Positions 1-9,510 of a stretch of DNA of 64,000 nucleotides are shown here, piece after piece. The notes under the pieces are model-generated. The model did not search any database. It was not told where the DNA came from and saw only the letters and a program-made list of their open reading frames with translations. The stretch comes from Acidimicrobiales bacterium. GTDB lineage: Bacteria; Actinomycetota; Acidimicrobiia; Acidimicrobiales; Bin134. The stretch is from positions 447,890 through 511,889 of the forward strand of contig OZ242356.1 of NCBI GenBank assembly GCA_965208785.1. The letters run 5' to 3'. Numbering within the stretch: the stretch's first letter is position 1; each line of letters begins with the position of its first letter. A program made the translations under genes and the position numbers.

Positions 1-339
<339 letters not shown>

Positions 340-374
340 TGTCGTTTGGGAGTGGTTCGGATCGGGTACAGGAG

Positions 375-1628
375 TCAGGCCGCGGGGCGGAGCTTGTAGC
401 GAACCGGAAGCTGCTTGGTGCCCACGATGAGGTTGGATTCGGTGCGAACGGCTGGCCCGGCCGGCTCGATCTCGACAACCCGCTCCGCCATCTGCGTGAT
501 GAGGGCCTCGGTGCTGGCCCGGGCCAGGTGCGCCCCCAGGCAGTAGTGCTCGGCCCAGCCGAATCCCAGATGGCGGTTGGGATGGCGACCGATGTCGAAG
601 TCGTGGGGCCGGTCGAACACCGCCTCGTCCCGATTGCCCGAGGCGTAGAGCAGCATCAAAAAATCGCCTTCACTCACCGGCTGGCCCGCCACCTCGGCAT
701 CGGCCATCACGGTGCGCTTCATGTAGTTGACCGGGGTGGACCACCGGATCACCTCCTCCACCGCGTCCTTGGCCAACTCTGGGTGCTCCCGCAGCCGCTG
801 AAGCTGGTCGGGATGGGCCAAAAACGCCTCCATCGCCCCCGATAACGCATTGCGGGTGGTGTCGTGGCCAGCGACGAACACAATCAGGTAGTAGCCGAAG
901 GTCTCAATCTCGCCCAAGGGCTGGCCGGTCGGGAGGTGGGCATGGGCCAGCATGGAGGCCAGGTCTTGGGTGGGATTCGTCCGGCGGTCCTTGATGATGC
1001 GGTCGAACATGGCATAGAACTCCATGCCCACTTCCTGGCTGGCCTCGTATCGGCTCTCCGCCTCCCGCCGGTAGTCGGGGTCGTCGCCGGCCAAAAGCTG
1101 CTGGGTCAGCACCAAGAGGCGCTCCTCGTCGTCGCGGTCGATGCCCAAGATGGTGGCCAGCACCCGCAGCGGGTGGCGCTGGGCGATGATGTCCACAAAA
1201 TCGCACTCGCCATCGTCGCCGAGGCTGTCGAGCAGGCCCTTGGCGCTCTCGTTGACGATCTGGTCGAGGCGGCTGATCCCCCGGGGAGTGAAGAAACCGC
1301 TGGCCACCTTGCGATAGAGCCGGTGATCGGGCGGATCCATGCTTATGATCGTGCGCATGTTGCCGATGATGGTTCCGCCTTCGGACTGGTCGGCCACCTG
1401 TTGGTCGCTGAGCACCACGATGCCGTCGGCCTCATTGCTGAAGATCTCAGGCTGGGTGGAGACCTCGATGATGTCGGTGTGACGGGTTATGGCCCAGAAG
1501 TCTTGGAACCCGTCTGGCTCGCACCTGTGTACAGGGGAGTTCTGGCGCATCCAGGCCAGCAGGTCGTGAGGCTGGCCGTTCTCGCCATAGCGCTTGGGAG
1601 AGATGAGATCGAGGGGGTCGACGTCCAC
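375..1628 (-). CDS. Cytochrome P450
   Basis: I-helix AGHDTT, ExxR (EEVIR), heme motif FGWAEHYCLG. Confidence 0.95.
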   Translation of the reverse strand: MDVDPLDLISPKRYGENGQPHDLLAWMRQNSPVHRCEPDGFQDFWAITRHTDIIEVSTQPEIFSNEADGIVVLSDQQVADQSEGGTIIGNMRTIISMDPPDHRLYRKVASGFFTPRGISRLDQIVNESAKGLLDSLGDDGECDFVDIIAQRHPLRVLATILGIDRDDEERLLVLTQQLLAGDDPDYRREAESRYEASQEVGMEFYAMFDRIIKDRRTNPTQDLASMLAHAHLPTGQPLGEIETFGYYLIVFVAGHDTTRNALSGAMEAFLAHPDQLQRLREHPELAKDAVEEVIRWSTPVNYMKRTVMADAEVAGQPVSEGDFLMLLYASGNRDEAVFDRPHDFDIGRHPNRHLGFGWAEHYCLGAHLARASTEALITQMAERVVEIEPAGPAVRTESNLIVGTKQLPVRYKLRPAA

Positions 1629-1651
1629 GGGTGGAACGTTAGTGCAACCCT

Positions 1652-2740
1652 TTACTGGCTGAGGATTCCGCTGCTTTGGATGATTTCCTCGGTGGTCTCG
1701 AAGCCGCCGCCGAGGGCGTCGAAATCAACGGAGCCGATCGACAGAGCAGCCAGAGGCGGGAGTGCGGGGTTGGGCTCGACGCCGCCAGCAAGCGGGTACT
1801 CGTAGGTGTTTGTTGTGAAGTAGCGCTGGGCCGATGGCGAAAGCAGGTAGGAGATCAGGTTTTGGGATGCTACCCGGTCGTTCACGTTGGAGGTCATGGT
1901 GGCGGCAGTGATGATGAGCAGGGCACCGATGTCTTCATCCGACAAGTCGTGGTTGGCCGCCTGATGCGGCGTGCCAGCTGCTTCCGCGTCGGCTGCCAAC
2001 CGGTAGTTGTAGTAGTGATTCACGAGGCCCATGTCGACCTCGCCCCGAGCGGCCGCTTCCACGATGGCCACGTTGTTGGGGTAGTAGCGGGCGTCGTTGT
2101 CCACCATGTCGCTCAGCCACTGGGTGGCTGCATCATTGCCGTATTGGTCGCGGAACACAGTGAACCAGTCGACGAACGATCCGTTGGTGGCTGGTATGGC
2201 CACTCGACCCCGCCACTGCGACTCGGTGAGGTCGAACACCGAGTTCGGCAGCTCGGCCGCAGGCACGCTGTCCAGATTGTGTACCAGCACCCGCTTGCGT
2301 CCGGAGAACCCGATCCAGGTGCCGTTGGCCCCCCGATGCTCTGGGGCCACCAAGTCGAGCACGTTGAAGTCCATCGAGTTGAGCAAGCCCTTGGACTCAA
2401 GGAACCCCACCGGACCTGGTGATCGGGAGATGAACACATCAGCTTCGGTGCGGTCGCCCTCTTCGGCGATCAGCAGAGCCAGGTCGGTAGAAGAAGCCCA
2501 GCGAACCCGCACAGAGGTGCCGGATTCGCAGGCGAACGCGTCGAGAACCGGCTTGATCAGGTTCTCGCTGCGACCGGAGTACACGGTTACCGAAAAGCCG
2601 TTGGCATCGACGCATGGGCCGTCGTAGATGGTGGCGGCCACACCGTCGAGTCTCGTGCCGCCGCCGCAGGACGAGGCCAGCAGGGCCACCGCAAGAATCG
2701 CCCCCACCAGCCCAAGACGAAAAATGTTGGTCATGGGCAT
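1652..2740 (-). CDS. Fe(3+) ABC transporter substrate-binding lipoprotein (FbpA/FutA-like)
   Basis: Lipobox LASSC, TVYSGRSE, GLVNHYY iron-ligand tyrosines, YEYPL; IdeR-like box upstream. Confidence 0.9.
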   Translation of the reverse strand: MPMTNIFRLGLVGAILAVALLASSCGGGTRLDGVAATIYDGPCVDANGFSVTVYSGRSENLIKPVLDAFACESGTSVRVRWASSTDLALLIAEEGDRTEADVFISRSPGPVGFLESKGLLNSMDFNVLDLVAPEHRGANGTWIGFSGRKRVLVHNLDSVPAAELPNSVFDLTESQWRGRVAIPATNGSFVDWFTVFRDQYGNDAATQWLSDMVDNDARYYPNNVAIVEAAARGEVDMGLVNHYYNYRLAADAEAAGTPHQAANHDLSDEDIGALLIITAATMTSNVNDRVASQNLISYLLSPSAQRYFTTNTYEYPLAGGVEPNPALPPLAALSIGSVDFDALGGGFETTEEIIQSSGILSQ

Positions 2741-2768
2741 CGGACCTTAGGGCAGCCAGCTCAGTGTG

Positions 2769-2787
2769 TCAAGTTAGCCTAACATAA
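2769..2787. promoter_or_regulatory. DtxR/IdeR-type iron box
   Basis: TCAAGTTAGCCTAACATAA matches TTAGGTTAGCCTAACCTAA at 16/19 and lies 28 bp upstream of the iron-binding protein start. Confidence 0.8.
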
Positions 2788-2811
2788 TATGTATGGGAAT
2801 CGGCATAGCCT

Positions 2812-4032
2812 CTAAGCAGCGGGTTTGACCGACTTCCAGCGCAGAGGCATCTCGGCATAGCCGTCGATCAGGGTGGAGTGCAGACGGGGCAGGGCGCTGG
2901 GGTCGTCCACGGCCAACTCCAAGCCCTCGAAACGGTCGACGATGGCCTCGAACATTATCTTGGCCTCCAAGCGGGCCAGCGACGCTCCCAAACAGAAGTG
3001 GGGTCCACCGGCGCCAAAGGCCACGTGCTGGCTGGCGTCTCGGGTCACGTCCAGAGTGTCGGGGTTCTCGAAGGCCCGCTCGTCCCGATTGGCCGAGGAA
3101 TACCAGATCACCACCGGCTCGCCCGCCTTCACCTCCTGGCCGCCCACCACGGTGTCGCGGCTGGGCCGGCGAACGAACTGGGTCACCGGTGTGGTGTAGC
3201 GCAACAGCTCTTCCACGGCGTTGGGAATGAGCGACCGGTCGTCTTTGAGCATCTGCATCTGGCGGGGATTGCGAATAAGCTCCAGCGTGCCGGTGGTGAT
3301 CAGGTTGCGGGTGGTCTCAGAGCCGGCATTTTGAAGGAGCATGAAGAACACATCGATCTGCATCTGATCCAGCGACTCCCCGTCGATTTCGGCTTCCATC
3401 AGCACGCTTATGAGGTCGTCGTGGGGCTCGGCTTTGCGGATCTCGCACATCTGGTCGGCATAGGCGAACATCTGCGCTCCGGCTTCGGCCTGCTGGTCGG
3501 GGGTGTGTTTCTCGTCGAAGCCGAAGGTGATCTCGGTCCAGTGGAAGATCTGATGGCGATCCTGCTCGGGAACGCCCACCAGATCGGCAATAACCTGCAA
3601 GGGCAGCTCCACCGCGACCTCGCTCACCATCTCACAGCCGTTCTTGTCTGCCACCTGATCGATAAGCCGGTCGACCTGGGCCTGGATCCTCTCCTCCAAG
3701 TCGCGCACCCGTCGGGGCGTGAACCCCCGGTTGACGAGCTTGCGCATCTTGGTGTGATCGGGTGGGTCCAGGCTGATGAGAAACAGCGAGTTGGAGCCGT
3801 CGTCCACCGCAGGGGCCCGGTCGTCGGCCAAAAACGGGTTGGGCTGGCTCTTGAAGCAGTCTGAGTCGCGGGACACCCGCTGCACGTCGGCGTGGCGGGT
3901 GACGTTCCAAAAGCCCCCCCACACCGGGTGCTCGCACCAGAACACCGGGTCGGTGTCGCGCCTGTGACGGAAGTAGTCGTGGGGGAATCCGTTCTTGAAG
4001 GTTGCGGGGTTCCATAGTTCAAGTGGTTCCAT
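2812..4032 (-). CDS. Cytochrome P450 (CYP125/CYP142-like)
   Basis: AGSETT, EELLR, FGAGGPHFCLG. Confidence 0.95.
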   Translation of the reverse strand: MEPLELWNPATFKNGFPHDYFRHRRDTDPVFWCEHPVWGGFWNVTRHADVQRVSRDSDCFKSQPNPFLADDRAPAVDDGSNSLFLISLDPPDHTKMRKLVNRGFTPRRVRDLEERIQAQVDRLIDQVADKNGCEMVSEVAVELPLQVIADLVGVPEQDRHQIFHWTEITFGFDEKHTPDQQAEAGAQMFAYADQMCEIRKAEPHDDLISVLMEAEIDGESLDQMQIDVFFMLLQNAGSETTRNLITTGTLELIRNPRQMQMLKDDRSLIPNAVEELLRYTTPVTQFVRRPSRDTVVGGQEVKAGEPVVIWYSSANRDERAFENPDTLDVTRDASQHVAFGAGGPHFCLGASLARLEAKIMFEAIVDRFEGLELAVDDPSALPRLHSTLIDGYAEMPLRWKSVKPAA

Positions 4033-4050
4033 CTCTGCCTCCTTGGCTCA

Positions 4051-4836
4051 CTACTGCGTTGGCTTTCGGCCGACCACGGCGATCGAGACCGTGCTCATCA
4101 TGACAAATCCAGGCTCGCGAACCTGTGCCAGGGCGGTCTCGCCGTCCTCGGCGGTCACCAGACCGGCCTCCACCAGCCGGGGAATGGCGCGCTCCAAGGC
4201 CATGAACCACCACTCCCCGCCCGGCTCTCCGGGCCGCATGGCCCAAACATCGCCGATGACGTCGATGTCGGCCGCGCCCAGGTCGCGGAAGCGGCCGGGC
4301 AGCCGCACTCCGTAGTCGGCGTCGCGCCACTCGGTGGTGACCCCCGCCGACACGTAGCGGTGAACGGTGGCGTAGGGCTCGGGCAGGGTCTGCTCGGCGA
4401 ACGATCCGAAAGCGCCGTCCTCCACTGCCAGCCAGCCGCCGGGCACCAGAGCCGCCCACAGCTTCTCCATAACCTGATCGCGCTCGGGCAGATGCTGGAG
4501 CACGGCCCTGGCGTGGATGAGGTCGAACGCCGAATCAGGAACGGGGTCGCGGGTCACGTCGTGTTGTTCCACCACCGCGTTGGGCAGCACCGACCGGTGG
4601 AACTGGAGGTCGACGTCGGTGGACCACACCGACCCCTCGGGACCGACCCGTCTGCCGAGCCATGCCGACACCGTGCCCCCTCCCGCGCCCACCTCCCAGC
4701 ACCGCCACCCGGGGCACAGCCCCGTGCTGTCCAGAATTCGCCGCGTTCGGGGATCGCGGGCCTCGGCCAGCATCTCAAGGCGGTGGCGCTCAATCTCCAC
4801 CTCTTCGTCGCGAACCCCGTATCGATCATCGGCCAT
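4051..4836 (-). CDS. Class I SAM-dependent methyltransferase (alternative start 4896 in the duplicated RBS/ATG)
   Basis: WEVGAGGG motif I, FDLIHARAVL, LVPGG; GAGGAG RBS before ATG. Confidence 0.85.
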   Translation of the reverse strand: MADDRYGVRDEEVEIERHRLEMLAEARDPRTRRILDSTGLCPGWRCWEVGAGGGTVSAWLGRRVGPEGSVWSTDVDLQFHRSVLPNAVVEQHDVTRDPVPDSAFDLIHARAVLQHLPERDQVMEKLWAALVPGGWLAVEDGAFGSFAEQTLPEPYATVHRYVSAGVTTEWRDADYGVRLPGRFRDLGAADIDVIGDVWAMRPGEPGGEWWFMALERAIPRLVEAGLVTAEDGETALAQVREPGFVMMSTVSIAVVGRKPTQ

Positions 4837-4912
4837 AGGCTCTTCTCCTCTGCAACTGGCATTGGGCTCCAAGACGGCTGGGCCTGCGCCAGCCATAGGC
4901 GCTTCTCCTCTG
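4832..4912. repeat. 21-bp direct repeat (RBS+ATG) flanking a 39-bp insert, period 60
   Basis: GCCATAGGC(T/G)CTTCTCCTCTG at 4832-4852 and 4892-4912. Confidence 0.85.
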
Positions 4913-4944
4913 TGTCCGGTGACGCCATACCGTATCTTCGTAGT

Positions 4945-6183
4945 GTGGGCCAGCACTCAGAGGACACTTTGCCGCAGGCCGCGTTCCGCGCCGAGGTGCG
5001 GGGCTGGCTCGAGGCCAGAGCCCCGCGGCGTGAGGAGGGCGATGGATGGTCAACCCGAACCACCCACCCCGATGCCGCCGCCGAGAGAGCCCATATGGAC
5101 CGCTGTCGAGCCTGGCAGCGGGAGCTGTACGAGGGCGGTTGGGCGGCCATCGACTGGCCGGTTGACCACGGCGGGCGGGGCGGCGAGCGGTGGCAGCGGC
5201 AGATCTTCCAGCAGGAGGTGGCCCAATTCGATGTGACCAGCGGATTTCTGGCCGCCGGCATCGCACTGGCCGGGCCGGCCATCGGCCGCTTCGGCACCGA
5301 CGAGCAGCGGGCGCGCCACCTCAAGCCCATGCTGCGGGGCGATATGGTGTGGTGCCAGCTTTTCAGCGAGCCCGGCGCCGGGTCGGATATGGCCAACCTC
5401 GCCACCCGGGCCGAGCGCGACGGCGATGAGTTCGCAGTGAACGGACAGAAGGTGTGGAACACGTCGGCCCACCTGTCGGACTGGGGAATCCTGCTGGCCC
5501 GCACCGACCCCGACGCCCCCAAGCACAAGGGCATCACCTTCTTTTTGGTCGACATGTCCACCCCCGGAGTGGACCCCCGGCCCATCCGCACCATCAACGG
5601 CTCGGCCCACTTCAATGAGGTGTTCTTGAGCGACGTGCGGATTCCAGCCGACAATGTGTTAGGCGAGGTGAACGGCGGATGGGCGGTGGCCCGGCTGGTG
5701 CTGGCCAACGAGTCCGCCATGATCGGCGGGGGCATGGACCGGGCCGACAGCGCGGCCAACCTGATCGGGCTGGCTCGGCGATGGGGCGCGTCCCGCAACC
5801 TGGTGGTCCGCCAAGAGCTGGCTGAGGCCTACACCAGAGAGAAGCTGCTCGAATGGATGGGCCGGAGGCTTCAGGAGGATGCGCGGAGGGGGCGTCGGCC
5901 CGCCTTCGACGGCTCGGTGCTGAAGGTGTACTGGTCGGAGAGTCGTCGTGATCGAGGCGACCTCGGCGTGGGGATCCTCGGAGGTTTCGGGGTGGCCGGC
6001 GACCACGCCGACACGGGAGTTTGGGCCAACGAGGTGCTGAACCGATTCTGGGGCTCCATTGGGGGAGGCACCGACGAGGTACACCGCAACAACATGGCCG
6101 AGCGAGTGCTCGGACTGCCGCCCGAGCCCCGGGTGGACAAACACATTCCGTGGCGGGAGCAGGTGGGCGGTGTCGGAAGATGA
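4945..6183 (+). CDS. Acyl-CoA dehydrogenase family protein
   Basis: WCQLFSEPGAGSD, NGQKVWNT, FNEVFL, IGGGTDEV; start estimated at GTG 4945. Confidence 0.93.
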   Translation: MGQHSEDTLPQAAFRAEVRGWLEARAPRREEGDGWSTRTTHPDAAAERAHMDRCRAWQRELYEGGWAAIDWPVDHGGRGGERWQRQIFQQEVAQFDVTSGFLAAGIALAGPAIGRFGTDEQRARHLKPMLRGDMVWCQLFSEPGAGSDMANLATRAERDGDEFAVNGQKVWNTSAHLSDWGILLARTDPDAPKHKGITFFLVDMSTPGVDPRPIRTINGSAHFNEVFLSDVRIPADNVLGEVNGGWAVARLVLANESAMIGGGMDRADSAANLIGLARRWGASRNLVVRQELAEAYTREKLLEWMGRRLQEDARRGRRPAFDGSVLKVYWSESRRDRGDLGVGILGGFGVAGDHADTGVWANEVLNRFWGSIGGGTDEVHRNNMAERVLGLPPEPRVDKHIPWREQVGGVGR

Positions 6184-6225
6184 CTCGCACCGGCTGCGGG
6201 CATTTCCCTCGATCGCGGCAATATC

Positions 6226-6825
6226 ATGGCTGACCAAGCCACTTTTGCCGACCAGGCCATGGTCTACATGGACCAACTCTACTCGGCGGCCCGGCGTATG
6301 ACCCGCAATGCAGCAGATGCCGAAGACCTGGTGCAGGAAACCTACCTGCGGGCCTACCGCGGCTTCGGCAGCTTCCAGCAGGGCACCAACCTGCGGGCCT
6401 GGCTGTTCCGCATTCTCACCAATGCGTTCATCAATTCGTATCGGAGCAAGCAGCGCAAGCCGAAGTCGGTCGATTTGGCCGATGTCGAGGATCTGTATCT
6501 GCACCAGCGACTGGCGGGCGACGTTCGGGCCGCGCTGGGGGCCAGCGCCGAAGACGTGCTGATGGATTCGATCACCGAGTCGGAGATCGTGGACGCCCTG
6601 GAGTCGCTGCCCGAGGAGTACCGGATAGCCGTGCTGTTGGCCGATGTAGAGGGTTTTGCCTACAAGGAGATAGCCGAGATACTCGGCATTCCCATAGGAA
6701 CGGTCATGAGCAGGCTCCATCGGGGAAGAAAAACACTCCAAAAGCGGTTGTTAGAGTTCGGAACAGCGCGGGGCTGGGTGGCCCAACCCGGTCCCGCCCA
6801 AGCGCCGGCTGCGGCTGGCCAGTGA
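6226..6825 (+). CDS. sigH: ECF sigma factor, SigH/SigR family
   Basis: [39 protein letters not shown]. Confidence 0.88.
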   Translation: MADQATFADQAMVYMDQLYSAARRMTRNAADAEDLVQETYLRAYRGFGSFQQGTNLRAWLFRILTNAFINSYRSKQRKPKSVDLADVEDLYLHQRLAGDVRAALGASAEDVLMDSITESEIVDALESLPEEYRIAVLLADVEGFAYKEIAEILGIPIGTVMSRLHRGRKTLQKRLLEFGTARGWVAQPGPAQAPAAAGQ

Positions 6826-6842
6826 TTTTCGGAGGCACCGCG

Positions 6843-7127
6843 ATGAGCAGAGACCGGCCTTGCTTGGGGGTTCCCAACCAGTGCGATTACTCGCGCGAGC
6901 TCATCGCAATGGCTCTGGACGGGCAACCGACACTGGAGGGCCTCAACCGGGCCCGAGCCGAACTGGGCGACTGCCTCCCGTGCGCGCAAGCTCTCGACGT
7001 CGAGGTTCGCTTCAAGCTGGCCATGAACCAGGCCGGACGAGTATCGGCGCCCGCCACCTTGCAAACCCGCATCACCGAGACCCTCCAGCGCGTCGAGCTA
7101 GATGATCTGGGCATCCAAGACTTCTGA
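6843..7127 (+). CDS. Anti-sigma factor, RshA/RsrA-like, with atypical ZAS motif
   Basis: Downstream of sigH, GGAGG RBS, ExxxCxxC in place of HxxxCxxC, APATLQTRI C-terminal motif. Confidence 0.75.
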   Translation: MSRDRPCLGVPNQCDYSRELIAMALDGQPTLEGLNRARAELGDCLPCAQALDVEVRFKLAMNQAGRVSAPATLQTRITETLQRVELDDLGIQDF

Positions 7128-7286
7128 GCGTGTCCCATCATCGACCTGGAAGACCATGTGGCTGACCAACTGAGATGATCTGGGCATCCAAGACTTCTGA
7201 GCGTGTCCCATCATCGACCTGGAAGACCATGTGGCTGACCAACTGAGATGATCTGGGCATCCAAGACTTCTGAGCGTGTCCCATCA
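7100..7286. repeat. R-S-R-S-R structure: three 41-bp repeats and two identical 32-bp inserts, period 73
   Basis: AGATGATCTGGGCATCCAAGACTTCTGAGCGTGTCCCATCA at 7100, 7173 and 7246; insert TCGACCTGGAAGACCATGTGGCTGACCAACTG. Confidence 0.97.
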
Positions 7287-7330
7287 CTGCCCGCGTGGAG
7301 TCGGCCCGAGCAGACCACTAGGGTGAGCGC

Positions 7331-7507
7331 ATGGAATTGATCGCGGCGGTGGTGTGGCACTGGTGGATCGCCCTGCTGCTGGTTATTGGCACGGTTCCTC
7401 TGGTCATCGCCACCATCGTCGGCTACTTCACCAAGGTGGTCGCACCCCGCTACAACAGTCGGCACCAGCGGGAAACCAGATCTCAGAGTGCCGCCGAAAC
7501 CGACTAG
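7331..7507 (+). CDS. Small membrane protein, 58 aa (not in ORF track)
   Basis: MELIAAVVWHWWIALLLVIGTVPLVIATIVGYFTKVVAPRY...; one hydrophobic segment; fills the gap before the next gene. Confidence 0.7.
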   Translation: MELIAAVVWHWWIALLLVIGTVPLVIATIVGYFTKVVAPRYNSRHQRETRSQSAAETD

Positions 7508-7525
7508 AAGCGACAGGATTCCCCG

Positions 7526-8614
7526 ATGGTTGCGGCGGCTGAGCCTGTCGACTGGCGGCTGGCGGAGCGAGTGGCCAAGAGAGTCGGGGGCCACGAGCCG
7601 TTTCTCGACTCCTACCACTACCGCAGCCTCACCCCCGAGCTGATCGAGCTGACCGCCCAAGCTGAGGAACTGGTAACCGCCGAAACCGGGCTGAAGTCAA
7701 CCGCGGGAGCGGCCCGGGCCCAGGTGACCACCCGAGCCCAATGGGTGGACGCCAACGTGGCCTCCTTCCAGCGGCTGCTGCGCCCGGTGACGGCCAAGAT
7801 GGCCGAGCGGGTGTCGCGCTCGTGGCTGGCCCCGGTTGCCCAGCGGGTGAGCGGCACCGAGGTCGGGGCGGTGCTGGGCTGGATGTCCACCCGGGTGCTG
7901 GGCCAGTACGACCTGCTCATCATCGAGGACGAGCGCCCCGAAGACCAGGACATGGTCTACTACGTGGGCCCCAACGTGATGGCCATTGAGCACAAGTACG
8001 GCTTCGACGCCCACCAGTTCCGACTCTGGCTGGCCCTGCACGAGACCACCCATCGGGCCCAGTTCACCGGCATCGAATGGCTGCGGCCCCACTTCCTGAG
8101 CTTGGTGCAAGAGGCCCTTGATGCCGCCGAGCCCGATTTGGAACACTTCAGGGCCGTGGCCAAACAGGTGCTCGAAGCCCGGCGGCGAGGCGACGACCTG
8201 CTGGCCGATGGAGGTCTGCCCGCCCTGTTGGCCACTCCCGAGCAAAAGGCGGTGCTGGATCGCATCGGCGGCATGATGAGCCTGCTGGAGGGCCACGGCG
8301 ACATCACCATGGACCGGGCCGGGGCCGGCCATATCCCCGACGCCAGCCGGTTTGCCCGGGTGCTGCGCCAACGCCGCAACTCGGCCAAGGGGGTGTCCAA
8401 GCTGGTGCAGCGCATTATCGGTATCGAGGCCAAGCTCAACCAGTACGCCGCCGGGGAGGCATTCATCGAGACGGTGGAGTCCCGGGGGGGCGCTGAGTTG
8501 CTCAACCGGGTGTGGGAGTCACCTGAGCGGCTTCCCTCCATGACCGAGATCCGCAATCCCCAGCAATGGATCGATCGGGTCAACGGCGCTCCCGTCCTCA
8601 CCGGGCAAGACTGA
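7526..8614 (+). CDS. Zinc-dependent metalloprotease/hydrolase (DUF2342-like)
   Basis: VLGQYD, LHETTH (HExxH), MSLLEGHGD; usual position before tilS. Confidence 0.88.
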   Translation: MVAAAEPVDWRLAERVAKRVGGHEPFLDSYHYRSLTPELIELTAQAEELVTAETGLKSTAGAARAQVTTRAQWVDANVASFQRLLRPVTAKMAERVSRSWLAPVAQRVSGTEVGAVLGWMSTRVLGQYDLLIIEDERPEDQDMVYYVGPNVMAIEHKYGFDAHQFRLWLALHETTHRAQFTGIEWLRPHFLSLVQEALDAAEPDLEHFRAVAKQVLEARRRGDDLLADGGLPALLATPEQKAVLDRIGGMMSLLEGHGDITMDRAGAGHIPDASRFARVLRQRRNSAKGVSKLVQRIIGIEAKLNQYAAGEAFIETVESRGGAELLNRVWESPERLPSMTEIRNPQQWIDRVNGAPVLTGQD

Positions 8615-8638
8615 CGTGCTGCCGGCGGTGCCGGTTCG

Positions 8639-9499
8639 ATGATCTCCGACCTGCTCGAACGCTGCGCCTTTCCCCCGGCTGGCGCCGCGGTACACTGCGC
8701 GGTTTCGGGCGGTCCCGACTCGCTGGCCCTGTTGGTACTGGCCTGCGAGGCAGGCTGTCGGGTGACCGCCTGGCACGTGGACCACGGGCTGCGGCCGGGG
8801 TCAGCGGCCGAGGCCGACATGGTGGCTGCGGCCGCCGCCCGATGGGGTGCGGACTTCGAAGCACGCAGGGCGACGTGCGAGCACGGACCCAACCTGGAGT
8901 CCCGGGCCCGAGCTGCCCGCTACGCAGTGCTGCCCGAGGGGGTTCTCACCGGCCACACTGCCGACGACCAGGCCGAGACGGTGTTGTTGAACTTCATCCG
9001 CGGGGCCGGGCCGAGCGGACTGGCCGGCATCGACCCGGCCCGCCGCCCGCTGCTGGCCATGCGCCGGCGCGAGACCCAAGCGCTGTGCAACCACCTCGGC
9101 CTAGAACCGGTGCAAGACCCGTCCAACCTCGACCCCACCCATCGCCGCAACCGAGTCCGCCATGAGCTGTTGCCGCTGTTGTGCGACATCGCCGATCGCG
9201 ACGTGGTGCCGATCATCGCCCGCAGCGCCTCGCTGATGGGCGGCGTCCGAGACCTGCTCGACGAGCTGGCCGCCGCCATCGACCCTGCCGACGCCAAGGC
9301 GATGGCCAACGCACCCGCGGCCCTGGCCCAAGCGGCGCTGCGGCGGTGGATCCAGCGCGAGACCAACGCCGAGCACCCGCCTGATGCCGCGACCATCGAG
9401 CGGGTCATGGCCGTGGCCCGAAACGAGGCCCGATCCACTGAAATTGGCGGAGGCTGGCGGGTCACCCGATCTTCCCAACGGCTCGGCCTCAGCAGATAG
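8639..9499 (+). CDS. tilS: tRNA(Ile)-lysidine synthetase
   Basis: AVSGGPDS PP-loop, HVDHGLR, GHTADDQAET, RNRVRH. Confidence 0.95.
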   Translation: MISDLLERCAFPPAGAAVHCAVSGGPDSLALLVLACEAGCRVTAWHVDHGLRPGSAAEADMVAAAAARWGADFEARRATCEHGPNLESRARAARYAVLPEGVLTGHTADDQAETVLLNFIRGAGPSGLAGIDPARRPLLAMRRRETQALCNHLGLEPVQDPSNLDPTHRRNRVRHELLPLLCDIADRDVVPIIARSASLMGGVRDLLDELAAAIDPADAKAMANAPAALAQAALRRWIQRETNAEHPPDAATIERVMAVARNEARSTEIGGGWRVTRSSQRLGLSR

Positions 9500-9510
9500 G
9501 CGCCACTAGG

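Noticed and set aside
7100-7286. Canonical CRISPR array
   Set aside because: The spacers are identical, the first repeat is the end of a coding gene, and there is no leader or cas gene. Reported as an insertion scar instead.
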